A DNA stretch of 45,777 bases, from positions 1 to 45,777 of the forward strand of contig JACQHB010000005.1 of the NCBI GenBank assembly GCA_016199215.1, in the 5' to 3' direction. Shown here piece by piece: positions 1-9,168 of this stretch (its first letter is position 1; each line of letters begins with the position of its first letter). The DNA comes from Candidatus Doudnabacteria bacterium. GTDB taxonomy: Bacteria > Patescibacteriota > Doudnabacteria > UBA920 > O2-02-FULL-48-8. Below the pieces are notes generated by a model. That model worked only from the letters and a program-made list of their open reading frames with translations, did no database searches and was not told the DNA's origin. The translations under genes were made by a program, and so were the position numbers.

Positions 1-657
1 CCCCTCATCGGCATCGCTTTGGTAATTTTTGAATTAGGATCATCACTTGTAAAGAGATTTCCAATGCTCATAAAATTGGCGATCGCCATTATTATTGTCA
101 TTGTCGTGTCGTTGTCAGCCCGAACCGTTATCCGAAACAATGACTGGGACAATTCCATAAAATTTTACAATCAAACTCTGGCTTACGCTCCAGATAGTTA
201 CCGGGTTGTTAATAATTTAGGCATGGAGTACTCTGAGCTCGGAATGCAAGACCAAGCAAAGGTTATTTATTACAAGGCCATAGCCTTGGACGACAAAAAT
301 CCTGTTGCCTACCACAATCTGGCAAACAGCTACCGCGACACGGATAAGCCGGAACTTGCGGAAAAATATTACAGGAAGGCGCTGGAGCTTGATCCGAAAT
401 TTTTATTTTCTTACGGCGCTTTGACGAATTTGTATACCAACCAAAAAAAATACGGCCCAGCCGAAACGGTTCTTGAGGATTACCTGAAAATTGTCCCGGA
501 TAATCTGGAGGTTTATGTGGTCTTGGTAAACCTGCTGACGTTGGAAAAAAAATATGACCAAGCCGTTGAAGTGATAAATAAGGGCCTGCAAATCTTCCCG
601 AAAAATCAAGAACTGCTTAATCAGTTGCAAAACGTCCAATCGCTCAAAACCTTATGA
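1..657 (+). CDS. TPR-repeat protein, C-terminal part (TMTC/O-mannosyltransferase-like), 5'-truncated by window edge
   Basis: Frame open from position 1; last TM helix then 'RNNDW' and several TPR units (NNLG...A...Y..AIALD, AYHNLA, YRKALELDP). Confidence 0.75.
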   Translation, partial: PLIGIALVIFELGSSLVKRFPMLIKLAIAIIIVIVVSLSARTVIRNNDWDNSIKFYNQTLAYAPDSYRVVNNLGMEYSELGMQDQAKVIYYKAIALDDKNPVAYHNLANSYRDTDKPELAEKYYRKALELDPKFLFSYGALTNLYTNQKKYGPAETVLEDYLKIVPDNLEVYVVLVNLLTLEKKYDQAVEVINKGLQIFPKNQELLNQLQNVQSLKTL

Positions 658-1319
658 CACTATCGATTATTATCCCGGTTTACAACGAAAGCGAAACTCT
701 GGAGGCAGTCCTTGAAAAGGTCAACAGGGCCGATACCAACGGATTTGAAAAAGAAATTATTATTATTGATGACGGATCCAACCCGTCGCTTCGTAAATCT
801 GATTTTAACGGCTATCTGTTTATCAAACACAGCAAAAATCTTGGCAAGGGCGCTGCCATAAAAACGGGCCTTGGCCTCGCCACCGGAGACATAGTATTGA
901 TACAGGACGCAGACCTTGAGTATGAACCGCAAGACTTCCCTTCCCTGCTTTCCCCTTTTTCAGATCCGAATGTTCAAGCGGTCTATGGCTACAGAACAAA
1001 GCCAGGCTACAAATCTTTTTACTTTGGCAATAAATTATTTACTGGATTCGTAAATATGCTTTTTGGCTCAAACTTAAGAGATCCTTACAGCGGATACAAA
1101 GCAATAAAAAAACCGCTGCTTGATTCCCTACAGCTGGTCAGCGACAAATTCGAGATTGAGGCGGAAATTACATCCAAATTGCTTAAGAAAAAAGTAAAAA
1201 TCCTGCAGGTTCCGATTGCTTACTATCCGCGGACCTTTGAGAAAGGCAAAAAAATTAAGTTTTTCAAAGACGGAGGCAAAGGCCTCTGGACGTTTCTAAA
1301 ATACCGGTTTCTTAAATAG
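654..1319 (+). CDS. Glycosyltransferase family 2 (DPM1/polyprenol-phosphate glycosyltransferase-like)
   Basis: LSIIIPVYNE, IIIDDGS, NLGKGAA, IQDADLEY, DPYSGYK, FEIEAEIT motifs. Confidence 0.9.
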   Translation: MTLSIIIPVYNESETLEAVLEKVNRADTNGFEKEIIIIDDGSNPSLRKSDFNGYLFIKHSKNLGKGAAIKTGLGLATGDIVLIQDADLEYEPQDFPSLLSPFSDPNVQAVYGYRTKPGYKSFYFGNKLFTGFVNMLFGSNLRDPYSGYKAIKKPLLDSLQLVSDKFEIEAEITSKLLKKKVKILQVPIAYYPRTFEKGKKIKFFKDGGKGLWTFLKYRFLK

Positions 1320-1332
1320 TTTGGATATACTC

Positions 1333-1370
1333 TGTACAACTTACTGCTCGATCGAGCAATGTTTTGTACA
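1333..1370. repeat. Palindrome family A, copy 1 (TGTACAA-N5-TGCTCGATCGAGCA-N5-TTGTACA, 38 bp)
   Basis: tgtacaa cttac tgctcgatcgagca atgtt ttgtaca. Confidence 0.95.
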
Positions 1371-1379
1371 AGCCAAAAC

Positions 1380-2075
1380 CTAAATAATTTTTTTCCTAAA
1401 AACCACATTCCATTGCCCAAGTTCTGTCGAACCATCTGGTTTGACTTTTTCGTCTACGGGACTCCCAACCAAGTCAAAACCGTTTTCGTCAGCAAGCTTC
1501 TGGATCTCTTCCAACGAAAAACGATGAACAATGACACTTGCCCCGCTTTCGTCCTTCTCTCTAAGCCAAGTTTCTTTTTCACCAGGCAATTCAACCGCTC
1601 CTTCTTGTGTCAAATTAGTTATAGAATTGACTCTAAAAAAGAAGAGGCCGCCGGGTTTTAAAATTCTAGCGGCTTCGCGGAACGCTTCAGCCCTCGATTC
1701 TTTTCTCCCGTTGTGCAGGGCTTGGATCGCTACGGCAGTATCAAAACTGCCATCAGCGAAAGGCAATTTTCTAAAATCAGCCTGAACTACATCCGCGTTA
1801 GGAAGCTGTTTTTTTATCTGTTCCAAGCCAACTTTTGAAGCATCAATGCCTGTTACTTGATAGCCCAGTTCAGCAAGAGGAACTAAATGCCTGCCGCCGC
1901 CTGTGCCAATATCCAAAATCTTTGGGCCAATCTCTTCTCGAAATTTTTCAACAAACTCCAAAAGCCTGGGCTCCGGAGATTTATCTTCTGACCATCCCTG
2001 TTCATGCCTAAAATCCCAACGCTTAATCACATTAGTTAATTCGTTGTCGGGAATATATTTAGGGTATTCTGACAT
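1380..2075 (-). CDS. Class I SAM-dependent methyltransferase
   Basis: ILDIGTGGG motif I, VTGIDAS, ADFRKLPFADGSFD, ILKPGGLF. Confidence 0.9.
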   Translation of the reverse strand: MSEYPKYIPDNELTNVIKRWDFRHEQGWSEDKSPEPRLLEFVEKFREEIGPKILDIGTGGGRHLVPLAELGYQVTGIDASKVGLEQIKKQLPNADVVQADFRKLPFADGSFDTAVAIQALHNGRKESRAEAFREAARILKPGGLFFFRVNSITNLTQEGAVELPGEKETWLREKDESGASVIVHRFSLEEIQKLADENGFDLVGSPVDEKVKPDGSTELGQWNVVFRKKII

Positions 2076-2093
2076 AATGATTTCCGGCTAACA

Positions 2094-2131
2094 TGTCCAA
2101 CTTCCTGCTCGATCGAGCGATGTTTTGTACA
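2094..2131. repeat. Palindrome family A, copy 2
   Basis: tgtccaa cttcc tgctcgatcgagcg atgtt ttgtaca. Confidence 0.92.
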
Positions 2132-2164
2132 ATAAGTTAAACCTGCCTATTACAAGGGATGTTT

Positions 2165-3040
2165 TTATATCTCTGGATAGCCGAGGATAGGAATTTCATA
2201 ATCACCATATCGCCATACGCGTTGGCTTTCGGCCGGAGCGGATATAAAAGTGTTGTCGATTGACGCAGCGCTTGATTCGGGGCTAATATAAACGCCATCG
2301 CCGCAATTTGTTATGGTGTTATTTTTAATAATCTGTGAGCCAGCGATAGACGCTATGCCGGTATGGCAATCGTCTATAATATTGCCCGCGACTTCTTGGC
2401 TGCCTTGGGATTTAAGATCAATTCCTTCGTGCCCCGCGTCAGATAAATGATTGTTTATTATTTTTATATTTGAATTGGCCGAGGATATAGCTCCCCACAG
2501 GGCATGTCTGGATATGGTATTTTGGATAACACTGTTCGGCTGTTTTCCCGTAGGATTAAGACCGTTGCGAGTATATTCAACAATAACGTTATCAATAATA
2601 CTTCCATCACCTCGAAAAATAATTGCTTCCCAATCGGCTAAATCTGGTTTTTGCGCCGCTGATGTAAAGGTGATCGGCTGGGTTTGAGTCCCTTTGGCAA
2701 TTAATTTTCTTAAGATAAAAAGGCTTGAATGGGTGGTTGAATATGATTTAAGCCGCGTTGGATCCTTGTCATTAAAGCCGTCCGGAGGCACTTCATCGCC
2801 CCAATGGCGGTCATCACCGATAGAGAACTTAATTGTTGTCCCAGACAAGACAGTAAGATTGCCAAAAATTTGAACGTCCCCGGTGACATCAATAGTACCG
2901 CTCCAAATCTGGTTGCCGATAAACCGCCCGCTTACGGAAGTATTAGATTTCTGCGTTGTCGAAAGAAATTTATAGACAATAATAACAAGTATGAGAGTTA
3001 TAATTACCGCTAGAATATATAAGATCTTTTTCCAGTTCAT
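2165..3040 (-). CDS. Membrane-anchored right-handed beta-helix (NosD/pectin-lyase-like) protein; likely start MNWKKILY at 3040, not 3331
   Basis: N-terminal TM (ILYILAVIITLILVIIVY), GTTIKF, PITFTS, repeated I.NN.I...GI units. Confidence 0.7.
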   Translation of the reverse strand: MNWKKILYILAVIITLILVIIVYKFLSTTQKSNTSVSGRFIGNQIWSGTIDVTGDVQIFGNLTVLSGTTIKFSIGDDRHWGDEVPPDGFNDKDPTRLKSYSTTHSSLFILRKLIAKGTQTQPITFTSAAQKPDLADWEAIIFRGDGSIIDNVIVEYTRNGLNPTGKQPNSVIQNTISRHALWGAISSANSNIKIINNHLSDAGHEGIDLKSQGSQEVAGNIIDDCHTGIASIAGSQIIKNNTITNCGDGVYISPESSAASIDNTFISAPAESQRVWRYGDYEIPILGYPEI

Positions 3041-3062
3041 AACAAAATTCTTTATTGGCTGG

Positions 3063-3331
3063 CGTGACCTGACGGTCATCGAACGGTGACCGCGGCGAAG
3101 GGTCAGCGGGAGAATCGGGAGATTCTCGCCGAGCGAACAGAGCGTCAAACGGCGGTCGCAGCGCGTAGCTGACGATCGCGCCCTTGTCCACTTTGAGAAC
3201 ACGATTCGCAGCAGCTGAGAGCGCCGCGCCAGGTCGAGTTGGTCGTACAGCGCGTAGATGTTTGGCGCATACCGTAAAATAGCCAGACCTAGCACACCCG
3301 AGCCGCCGAGCAAGAGAATCTTAGAACCCAT
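3063..3331 (-). pseudogene. Truncated NAD-binding (RmlD/epimerase-like) gene start within the foreign insert
   Basis: MGSKILLLGGSGVLG Rossmann GxxGxxG and 'QLDL', then loss of recognisable similarity. Confidence 0.4.
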
Positions 3332-3905
3332 AGAACCGCCGATACCGAATCTTTGCCCAGATAATGAAAGGCCACAAGTAGAATCTTTCCCCTACTCTAT
3401 ACGCAACGTTGTGTTTCCGATGGTATAGACAATAATTACGCAAATAGATCAGTACGCCGTGAACTCTCCTCTTCAATACCTCGGTACCCATCCGTGACAC
3501 CTGTTCGACAGTAATCCTGCCGTCCTCAACGATGTAGTAGTCCGCGGCAGTCGCACGAACCGAGTAGTCGACGTCGTCGAACCAGTACGGCTCGAACATT
3601 AAGTCTATACCTCCAATACGGTTCCACGCCTCACGGCGATAAATCGACGACCCTCCGTTGGCGTACGAAACCCGCCGCACGCTCCCAGTATTGCTCGACC
3701 CTGGTGAGAATGTTATTGCAAACAGTTTAGGGTCTTCGAACAGTCGCAAGGATTGCTCGAATCCTGAGACCTCGATATCAGAATTCAGGAGCATCACCAG
3801 ATCCGCGCGAGATGTGCGCATAGCCTCCTGCCGGCGACGCAGAAAGTGGGGTTCCAAATTTCCAATCTTACAAATATCGAATGTCATATACATTTCATAA
3901 GTCAC
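3321..3905 (-). CDS. GT2 glycosyltransferase, probably N-terminally truncated
   Basis: LVMLLNSDIEV and IGGIDLMFEPYWFDDVDYSVR; canonical first beta-strand absent. Confidence 0.65.
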   Translation of the reverse strand: MTYEMYMTFDICKIGNLEPHFLRRRQEAMRTSRADLVMLLNSDIEVSGFEQSLRLFEDPKLFAITFSPGSSNTGSVRRVSYANGGSSIYRREAWNRIGGIDLMFEPYWFDDVDYSVRATAADYYIVEDGRITVEQVSRMGTEVLKRRVHGVLIYLRNYCLYHRKHNVAYRVGERFYLWPFIIWAKIRYRRFYGF

Positions 3906-3918
3906 GGGTTAGAAAAAA

Positions 3919-4218
3919 TTAATAAACTCCATTGATGATGGCACCGCTGGTGACCGCTTGCAGGCTATTATAGATGGGGAACGAGCCGTCGGAAGTGATA
4001 GCGGTGATAATTCTGTGCGCATGGCAGTAGTCAGGCGTCAGGGCGCTTTGCTCAGTGTTCCAGAAGTATTTAACATGGCCGTGGAGTGTGTCTTTCACCG
4101 AGGAGAAAAAAGGCACGGCCGTACCGTACCACCATTCTGAATACTCCCAGTTATGGAGTCTCAACAGATCTAGCTTGGCTTGAAAGAAGTCAGCGTCAAG
4201 TCGCATCGCTAAATCCAT
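3919..4218 (-). CDS. Hypothetical protein or gene fragment in the foreign insert
   Basis: 99-aa ORF co-oriented with the GT2; no recognised motif. Confidence 0.35.
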   Translation of the reverse strand: MDLAMRLDADFFQAKLDLLRLHNWEYSEWWYGTAVPFFSSVKDTLHGHVKYFWNTEQSALTPDYCHAHRIITAITSDGSFPIYNSLQAVTSGAIINGVY

Positions 4219-4269
4219 CAGACGCTTGCGTCAGGATCGGCGACAGGTCGTGTTCGAGAATCGCCGTTA

Positions 4270-4344
4270 TGGCTGGGGAGGAAGGATTCGAACCTTCGAA
4301 TGGTGGATTCAGAGTCCACTGCCTTACCGCTTGGCTACTCCCCA
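4270..4344 (-). tRNA. tRNA-Gln (anticodon CTG), CCA encoded
   Basis: Minus strand TGGGGAGTAGCCAAGCGGTAAGGCAGTGGACT-CTG-AATCCACCATTCGAAGGTTCGAATCCTTCCTCCCCAGCCA; 75 nt cloverleaf with GGTTCGAATCC T-arm. Confidence 0.97.
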
Positions 4345-4677
4345 ATGTTTAATTCACAAAAAATTCTTTTAAGCTCTCGCCTGCCCGAACGAGATTTAAA
4401 ATATTTTTCTCTGAATCTAGCGCTCGTCAAATCGTCAAAGCTCTCAGTATATATTAGCTTAAGAGGTCTCCTATTTCTAGTTGATATATTTTTACCCGAG
4501 TTATGCTCCCCTAAACGTCTTGCTAAATTATCTGTTGAACCACAGTAGGTTCGCTTGTCCTTTTCGCTTAAAAGCAAATAAACGTAATACATAAATGTGC
4601 CTTATCCGCCTCGGCTCGACTCACAAAAGCGCTTATCACGAGCCGAGTCGAGACGGGCCGCTTGGCTACTCCCCAAT
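4327..4677. repeat. 20-bp direct repeat CCGCTTGGCTACTCCCCAAT (4327-4346 and 4658-4677) duplicating the tRNA-Gln 5' end
   Basis: Exact match read directly in both positions. Confidence 0.95.
4335..4592 (-). CDS. Small GIY-YIG nuclease (YhbQ/UPF0213-like)
   Basis: YYVYLL...TYCGST.NL.RRL.EHN.G...T..RRP.KLIYTE.F.....AR.RE.YFK. Confidence 0.9.
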   Translation of the reverse strand: MYYVYLLLSEKDKRTYCGSTDNLARRLGEHNSGKNISTRNRRPLKLIYTESFDDLTSARFREKYFKSRSGRRELKRIFCELNIGE

Positions 4678-4684
4678 ATGATTT

Positions 4685-4713
4685 ATTCTACAATTTTTTA
4701 TGATAATTTTCAA
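4685..4713 (-). promoter_or_regulatory. sigma70-type promoter for the GIY-YIG/tRNA-Gln unit
   Basis: TTGAAA-N17-TAGAAT on the minus strand; start site falls just before the upstream tRNA fragment. Confidence 0.75.
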
Positions 4714-4726
4714 TTAAATGAACGAG

Positions 4727-4767
4727 AAGAGGCCGAGCGTCAAGTGTGAACGCTTGGCCTCTTTTTT
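4727..4767. terminator. Intrinsic terminator-like hairpin
   Basis: aagaggccgagcgt / acgcttggcctctt stem followed by T-run. Confidence 0.7.
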
Positions 4768-4771
4768 GTTG

Positions 4772-5119
4772 TCAGATCGCCTTGGCTGGCGCGCGCTGCC
4801 TCGGCTCAATCCAATCTCGCCATACGAGAACGCGGCGAGACCAGTAAACCCAATCCGGTTGCCCAGGGTAGGTCACCAACCTTTCGCCGTCTATCAGATC
4901 AACCATGATTCCGGCAAGCATATAGCCCTTATCGAGCCCGAACGAAAGCCTGGTGCAACCGCAGAAGTTCACGGGCGGTCTTGTCACGCGATACCAGGTC
5001 AGGTTCGAAAGCCGCCAGACCAAGAACAGACGGCTTCCTTCAAATGTCGCCAGCAGGCTCAAGCCGGCAAAGGACACGCAACTGATGCATACGATCACGA
5101 TTGTCTTTCTGATCGACAC
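4772..5119 (-). CDS. Orphan protein with N-terminal hydrophobic segment
   Basis: GTG start with GGAGGG SD, own TTGACC-N17-TAAACT promoter and downstream hairpin. Confidence 0.55.
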   Translation of the reverse strand: MSIRKTIVIVCISCVSFAGLSLLATFEGSRLFLVWRLSNLTWYRVTRPPVNFCGCTRLSFGLDKGYMLAGIMVDLIDGERLVTYPGQPDWVYWSRRVLVWRDWIEPRQRAPAKAI

Positions 5120-5209
5120 GATTCCCTCCGTTTGACGTTGGCAGATTGCTTAAGTTTAACCAATCTGACTGCTTGGGTCAAAGCAGTATTGTTTTGATAT
5201 AATACGGCT

Positions 5210-6751
5210 ATGTCCAGTTCAAAAATTAAATGGTTTTTCCTGGTTCTGCTGCTTGTCTGGCTGGGAGTATTTTTTTCCCAAAAAATCAACCTTACAACCG
5301 CTGATTTGGGCAGGCATATTAAAAATGGCGAGATTGCTTACCAATCTCTTTTAAATTCTGACTATTCGGAGTTTAAAAAGATTTTAGAGACAAATTATTA
5401 TTCTTACACCAATCCTGATTTCCCTGTTTTCAACCACCATTGGGGGTCGGGTCTTGTTTTCTACTCACTCCACCAACTCGGCGGATTTACCCTGCTTTCA
5501 ATATTCGGGCTTCTGACCACGCTGAGCTCTTTCCTTTTAATATTCGATGTATCAAGAAAACTCGCCGGCTTCTGGCCGGCTTGGATTTCGGCTGTTTTCC
5601 TTATCCCCCTAATCGGCGAGCGGCAGGAGATAAGGCCGGAGATGTTCAGCTACCTTTTTACCGCGGCCTTTCTTTGGATTCTTTCGGAGCACAAAACCAA
5701 CCCCAAAAGAAAATATTTGCTTTATTTCCTTCCCCCTCTCTTGCTTCTCTGGGCCAACCTTCATATTTATTTTTTTCTCGGTTTTCTTTTGATTGGAATT
5801 TACGCGATTATGGCATTGACCAAGCGGCCTCTTTTTCTTACCGCCGCAGGCGGGCTTGTCCTGTCGCTTGCCAATCCGTTTGGCTATAAGGCGCTTGCCT
5901 ACCCTCTCCAAATTTTCCAAAACTATGGATATACAATTGTCGAAAACAAATCAGTATGGTTTCTGACAAATTTCGGCTTTAGCAATCCCAATCTGACTTT
6001 GATTAAAATTATTACTGCTGTTTTTTTAATTATGCTTGTCTTGGCAATCCGTAAAAGAAAATCCTATATTGATCACAGCCCCGAATTCTTGGCGATTGCC
6101 GCCATCTTCCTGGTTATGGCCTGGCTTGCTTTCCGGAATTTTTCCTTGTTCGGATTTTTCGCCCTGCCATTTTTAAGCGCGGGGACCGGTAATTTTCTTG
6201 CCCCAAAATTCTTAAAGTTTGAACCTGAAGAAAAATATTTGTCTTTGGCCGGAATAGGCGTTGCTACCATCATTCTTATCTACATTTATTCATACCGTTT
6301 GGCGAATTTCGGGTTTGGGCTGGTGGCGCAGGCGGATTCATCCGCGGATTTTTTCAAGTCGCAAGACGTCAAAGGCCCCATCTTTAATAATTACGATATC
6401 GGAAGCTTTTTAATTTACCATCTTCCAAACCAACAAAAAGTCTTCGTGGACAATCGTCCCGAAGCTTATCCTGCCGAATTCTTTGAAAAAACTTATATCC
6501 CTATGCAGGAAAAAGATGAAATTTGGAAGCAGCAAGCGGATAAATATGGTTTCAACTCCATCTACTTTGCAATCAACGACCTTACTAACTGGGGGCAAAA
6601 TTTTCTGACTAGCCGCGTCAAAGACCCAAACTGGGTTGCGGTTTATGCTGATTCATTCTCAATCATCTTTGTCAAAAGGAAAGAAGAAAACAAACAGCTG
6701 ATAGAAAAATTCGAAATTCCCAAGAACAACTTTAACATTATCCAGCCTTGA
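5210..6751 (+). CDS. Multi-pass membrane protein, probable GT-C-fold glycosyltransferase
   Basis: DLGRHIKNG loop, RPE and WANLH motifs, many TM helices, soluble C-terminal VFVDNRPEAYP domain. Confidence 0.6.
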   Translation: MSSSKIKWFFLVLLLVWLGVFFSQKINLTTADLGRHIKNGEIAYQSLLNSDYSEFKKILETNYYSYTNPDFPVFNHHWGSGLVFYSLHQLGGFTLLSIFGLLTTLSSFLLIFDVSRKLAGFWPAWISAVFLIPLIGERQEIRPEMFSYLFTAAFLWILSEHKTNPKRKYLLYFLPPLLLLWANLHIYFFLGFLLIGIYAIMALTKRPLFLTAAGGLVLSLANPFGYKALAYPLQIFQNYGYTIVENKSVWFLTNFGFSNPNLTLIKIITAVFLIMLVLAIRKRKSYIDHSPEFLAIAAIFLVMAWLAFRNFSLFGFFALPFLSAGTGNFLAPKFLKFEPEEKYLSLAGIGVATIILIYIYSYRLANFGFGLVAQADSSADFFKSQDVKGPIFNNYDIGSFLIYHLPNQQKVFVDNRPEAYPAEFFEKTYIPMQEKDEIWKQQADKYGFNSIYFAINDLTNWGQNFLTSRVKDPNWVAVYADSFSIIFVKRKEENKQLIEKFEIPKNNFNIIQP

Positions 6752-6776
6752 AAAACCCAAGCATTTGGGTTATAAT
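6748..6776 (+). promoter_or_regulatory. sigma70 promoter of hppA with palindromic spacer
   Basis: TTGAAA-aacccaagcatttgggt-TATAAT (17-nt spacer). Confidence 0.8.
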
Positions 6777-6802
6777 TGGCTGGTAATTCTTAATCCTCAT
6801 TT

Positions 6803-8806
6803 ATGTTGACTGAAAATAATATCGTGCTGTTCGCGACTGTTGCCGGGATCGCTGCCATTGCCTACGGCTTTTTTATTTCCCTTTGGGTCCTGCGCCAGCC
6901 CGCGGGTGATGAAAAAATGAAAAGTATTGCGTCTGCGATACAGGAAGGCGCGACTGCTTATTTGTCCCGCCAATACAAAACCGTCGGCGTGGTTGCCATA
7001 ATTTTGGCAATAGCCATCGGTTATTTCTTCAATGTCAAAACCTCGATCGGCTTCCTGATCGGAGCAATCGCGTCCGCCCTCGCGGGCTTCATCGGAATGT
7101 TCGTGGCGGTTCGAGCGAATCTTCGGACAGCCGAAGCTGCCAAATCAGGACTGAAAAATTCATTTAACCTTGCTTTCAAAGGCGGAGCCGTTACGGGATT
7201 GTTTGTGGTCGGCCTCGGCCTGCTGGCCGTAACCTGGTTTTTCAAATGGACAGGCAATGACATAAACTCATTAATCGGACTAGGTTTTGGAGCAAGCTTG
7301 ATCTCGGTTTTTGCCAGGCTCGGCGGCGGGATCTTTACCAAAGGCGCTGATGTCGGAGCTGATTTGGTTGGCAAAATTGAAGCCGGCATCCCGGAAGACG
7401 ATCCACGCAATCCGGCTGTGATAGCAGACAATGTCGGGGACAATGTGGGAGATGATGCCGGTATGGCAGCCGATTTGTTTGAAACTTACGCAGTCACTAT
7501 TATCGCCGCCATGCTTTTGGGCAGTATTCTTTTCCCGGGCAATTCAATGTTCGTATTTTATCCCCTGGTCTTGGGCGCGGTTTCTATTTTTGCGTCCATT
7601 ATCGGCACCTTCTTCGTCAGGCTCACAGGCAAAGGAATTATGGCAGCCCTTTATAAAGGACTTGCTGTTTCAGGAATTCTTGCGGCCATAGGGTTTTTCT
7701 ACGTCAGTAAATTTACTTTTAACGATCACTCGATTGGCTGGCCTTTGTTCCTCTCGACTCTGGTCGGTTTGGGCGTTACGGCTCTAATGATTGTTATTAC
7801 CGAATACTATACTTCCAAAAAATTCATGCCTGTGCAATCGATTGCCAAAGCCTCAACCACGGGGCACGGCACCAACATCATTACCGGGTTGGCTGTATCC
7901 ATGCAATCAACCGCCTTGCCGGTTCTGACCATCATCGCCGGAATCCTGATTTCCTATGAACTGGGGGGATTATACGGCTCAGCAATCGCCGTAGTGTCCA
8001 TGCTCTCCATGGCTGGGATAATCGTGGCAATCGACGCGTTTGGTCCAATCACGGACAACGCCGGGGGAATTGCCGAAATGGCAGGGCTCCCGCAGTCAGT
8101 CAGAGAATCAACTGACGCGCTTGACGCTGTGGGCAACACGACCAAAGCAGTAACCAAAGGCTATGCTATCGCATCCGCGGGTCTTGCCGCGGTCGTGCTC
8201 TTTGCTTCATACACCCAAGAGCTTGCGAGGCTTGGGCAAAATATTTCATTTGATCTTTCCGATGTCCAAGTTCTTGCTGGATTGCTGATTGGAGCGCTTC
8301 TTCCCTTCTTGTTTGGATCAATCGCGATGCAGGCCGTTGGCAAAGCAGGCCATGCCGTAGTGGAAGAAGTCCGAAGACAATTTAAGGAAATTCCCGGAAT
8401 CATGGAAGGCACTGCCAAACCTGATTACGGCAAAGCCGTAGACATAGTCACCAAAGCCGCGATTAAAGAGATGATTATCCCCGCTCTCCTTCCGGTGGTA
8501 GTTCCGATTCTGGTCGCGGTAATTCCGTTCCTGGGCCTTAAAGCTTTGGGCGGGGTTTTGGTAGGTTCAATCGTCACGGGACTTTTTGTGGCCATTTCCA
8601 TGACTTCAGGCGGCGCTGCCTGGGACAATGCAAAGAAGTATATTGAGGAAGGAAATTATGGCGGCAAAAAATCTTTCGCTCACCAAGCCGCTGTCACCGG
8701 CGACACAGTGGGAGATCCTTACAAAGACACAGCCGGCCCTGCCATTAATCCAATGATAAAAATCATCAACATCGTGGCATTGTTAATAATTAGTTTACTG
8801 CTCTAA
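6803..8806 (+). CDS. hppA: Membrane-bound H+-translocating pyrophosphatase, K+-independent type
   Basis: [44 protein letters not shown] (Lys signature), [14 protein letters not shown]. Confidence 0.96.
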   Translation: MLTENNIVLFATVAGIAAIAYGFFISLWVLRQPAGDEKMKSIASAIQEGATAYLSRQYKTVGVVAIILAIAIGYFFNVKTSIGFLIGAIASALAGFIGMFVAVRANLRTAEAAKSGLKNSFNLAFKGGAVTGLFVVGLGLLAVTWFFKWTGNDINSLIGLGFGASLISVFARLGGGIFTKGADVGADLVGKIEAGIPEDDPRNPAVIADNVGDNVGDDAGMAADLFETYAVTIIAAMLLGSILFPGNSMFVFYPLVLGAVSIFASIIGTFFVRLTGKGIMAALYKGLAVSGILAAIGFFYVSKFTFNDHSIGWPLFLSTLVGLGVTALMIVITEYYTSKKFMPVQSIAKASTTGHGTNIITGLAVSMQSTALPVLTIIAGILISYELGGLYGSAIAVVSMLSMAGIIVAIDAFGPITDNAGGIAEMAGLPQSVRESTDALDAVGNTTKAVTKGYAIASAGLAAVVLFASYTQELARLGQNISFDLSDVQVLAGLLIGALLPFLFGSIAMQAVGKAGHAVVEEVRRQFKEIPGIMEGTAKPDYGKAVDIVTKAAIKEMIIPALLPVVVPILVAVIPFLGLKALGGVLVGSIVTGLFVAISMTSGGAAWDNAKKYIEEGNYGGKKSFAHQAAVTGDTVGDPYKDTAGPAINPMIKIINIVALLIISLLL

Positions 8807-8821
8807 ATAAAGCCTGCAAAC

Positions 8822-8856
8822 AAAAAGACCGAGGTCAGGGGGTTGACCTCGGTTTT
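8822..8856. terminator. Bidirectional intrinsic terminator
   Basis: aaaaag accgaggtca-gggggt-tgacctcggt ttt between convergent genes. Confidence 0.85.
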
Positions 8857-9041
8857 CCGATCAGACGACACAAATTGGCCGCGTGTTGATTGGGAAGAGG
8901 TTCGTCTTCCTCCCAGCATACGCGCGATACCAACTCGCGGTTGATCTCGATCCCTGGCGGGACCGAGAAATATCCGGTGGCGTCATCAGCCACCGGACGA
9001 AAGTAGGAAAGCATCTTCCTCTTGATCGCGGCGGCTGTCAT
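8835..9041 (-). CDS. Orphan small protein (68 aa)
   Basis: AGGAGG SD; TTGAAA-N17-TAGAAT promoter at 9079-9107. Confidence 0.55.
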   Translation of the reverse strand: MTAAAIKRKMLSYFRPVADDATGYFSVPPGIEINRELVSRVCWEEDEPLPNQHAANLCRLIGKPRSTP

Positions 9042-9168
9042 TCTCCCTCCTGAATTTTAGACCATTTTGCTGGTTTGAATTCTACCATATAATTCCGAAC
9101 TTTTCAAAAAATCAAAAGGGCCCATACAGGCCTCTTCTGCTTTTAACTTTAATAATTTCTGCGATGTC

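Noticed and set aside
2165-3331. 388-aa ORF read as a Rossmann/beta-helix fusion protein
   Set aside because: The middle is Arg/Ser-rich nonsense crossing the insertion junction at about 3060; the real gene starts at 3040 with a signal-anchor.
4345-4657. Group I or BHB intron in tRNA-Gln
   Set aside because: A complete uninterrupted tRNA exists downstream, the 5' exon is duplicated, and no group I core is recognisable.
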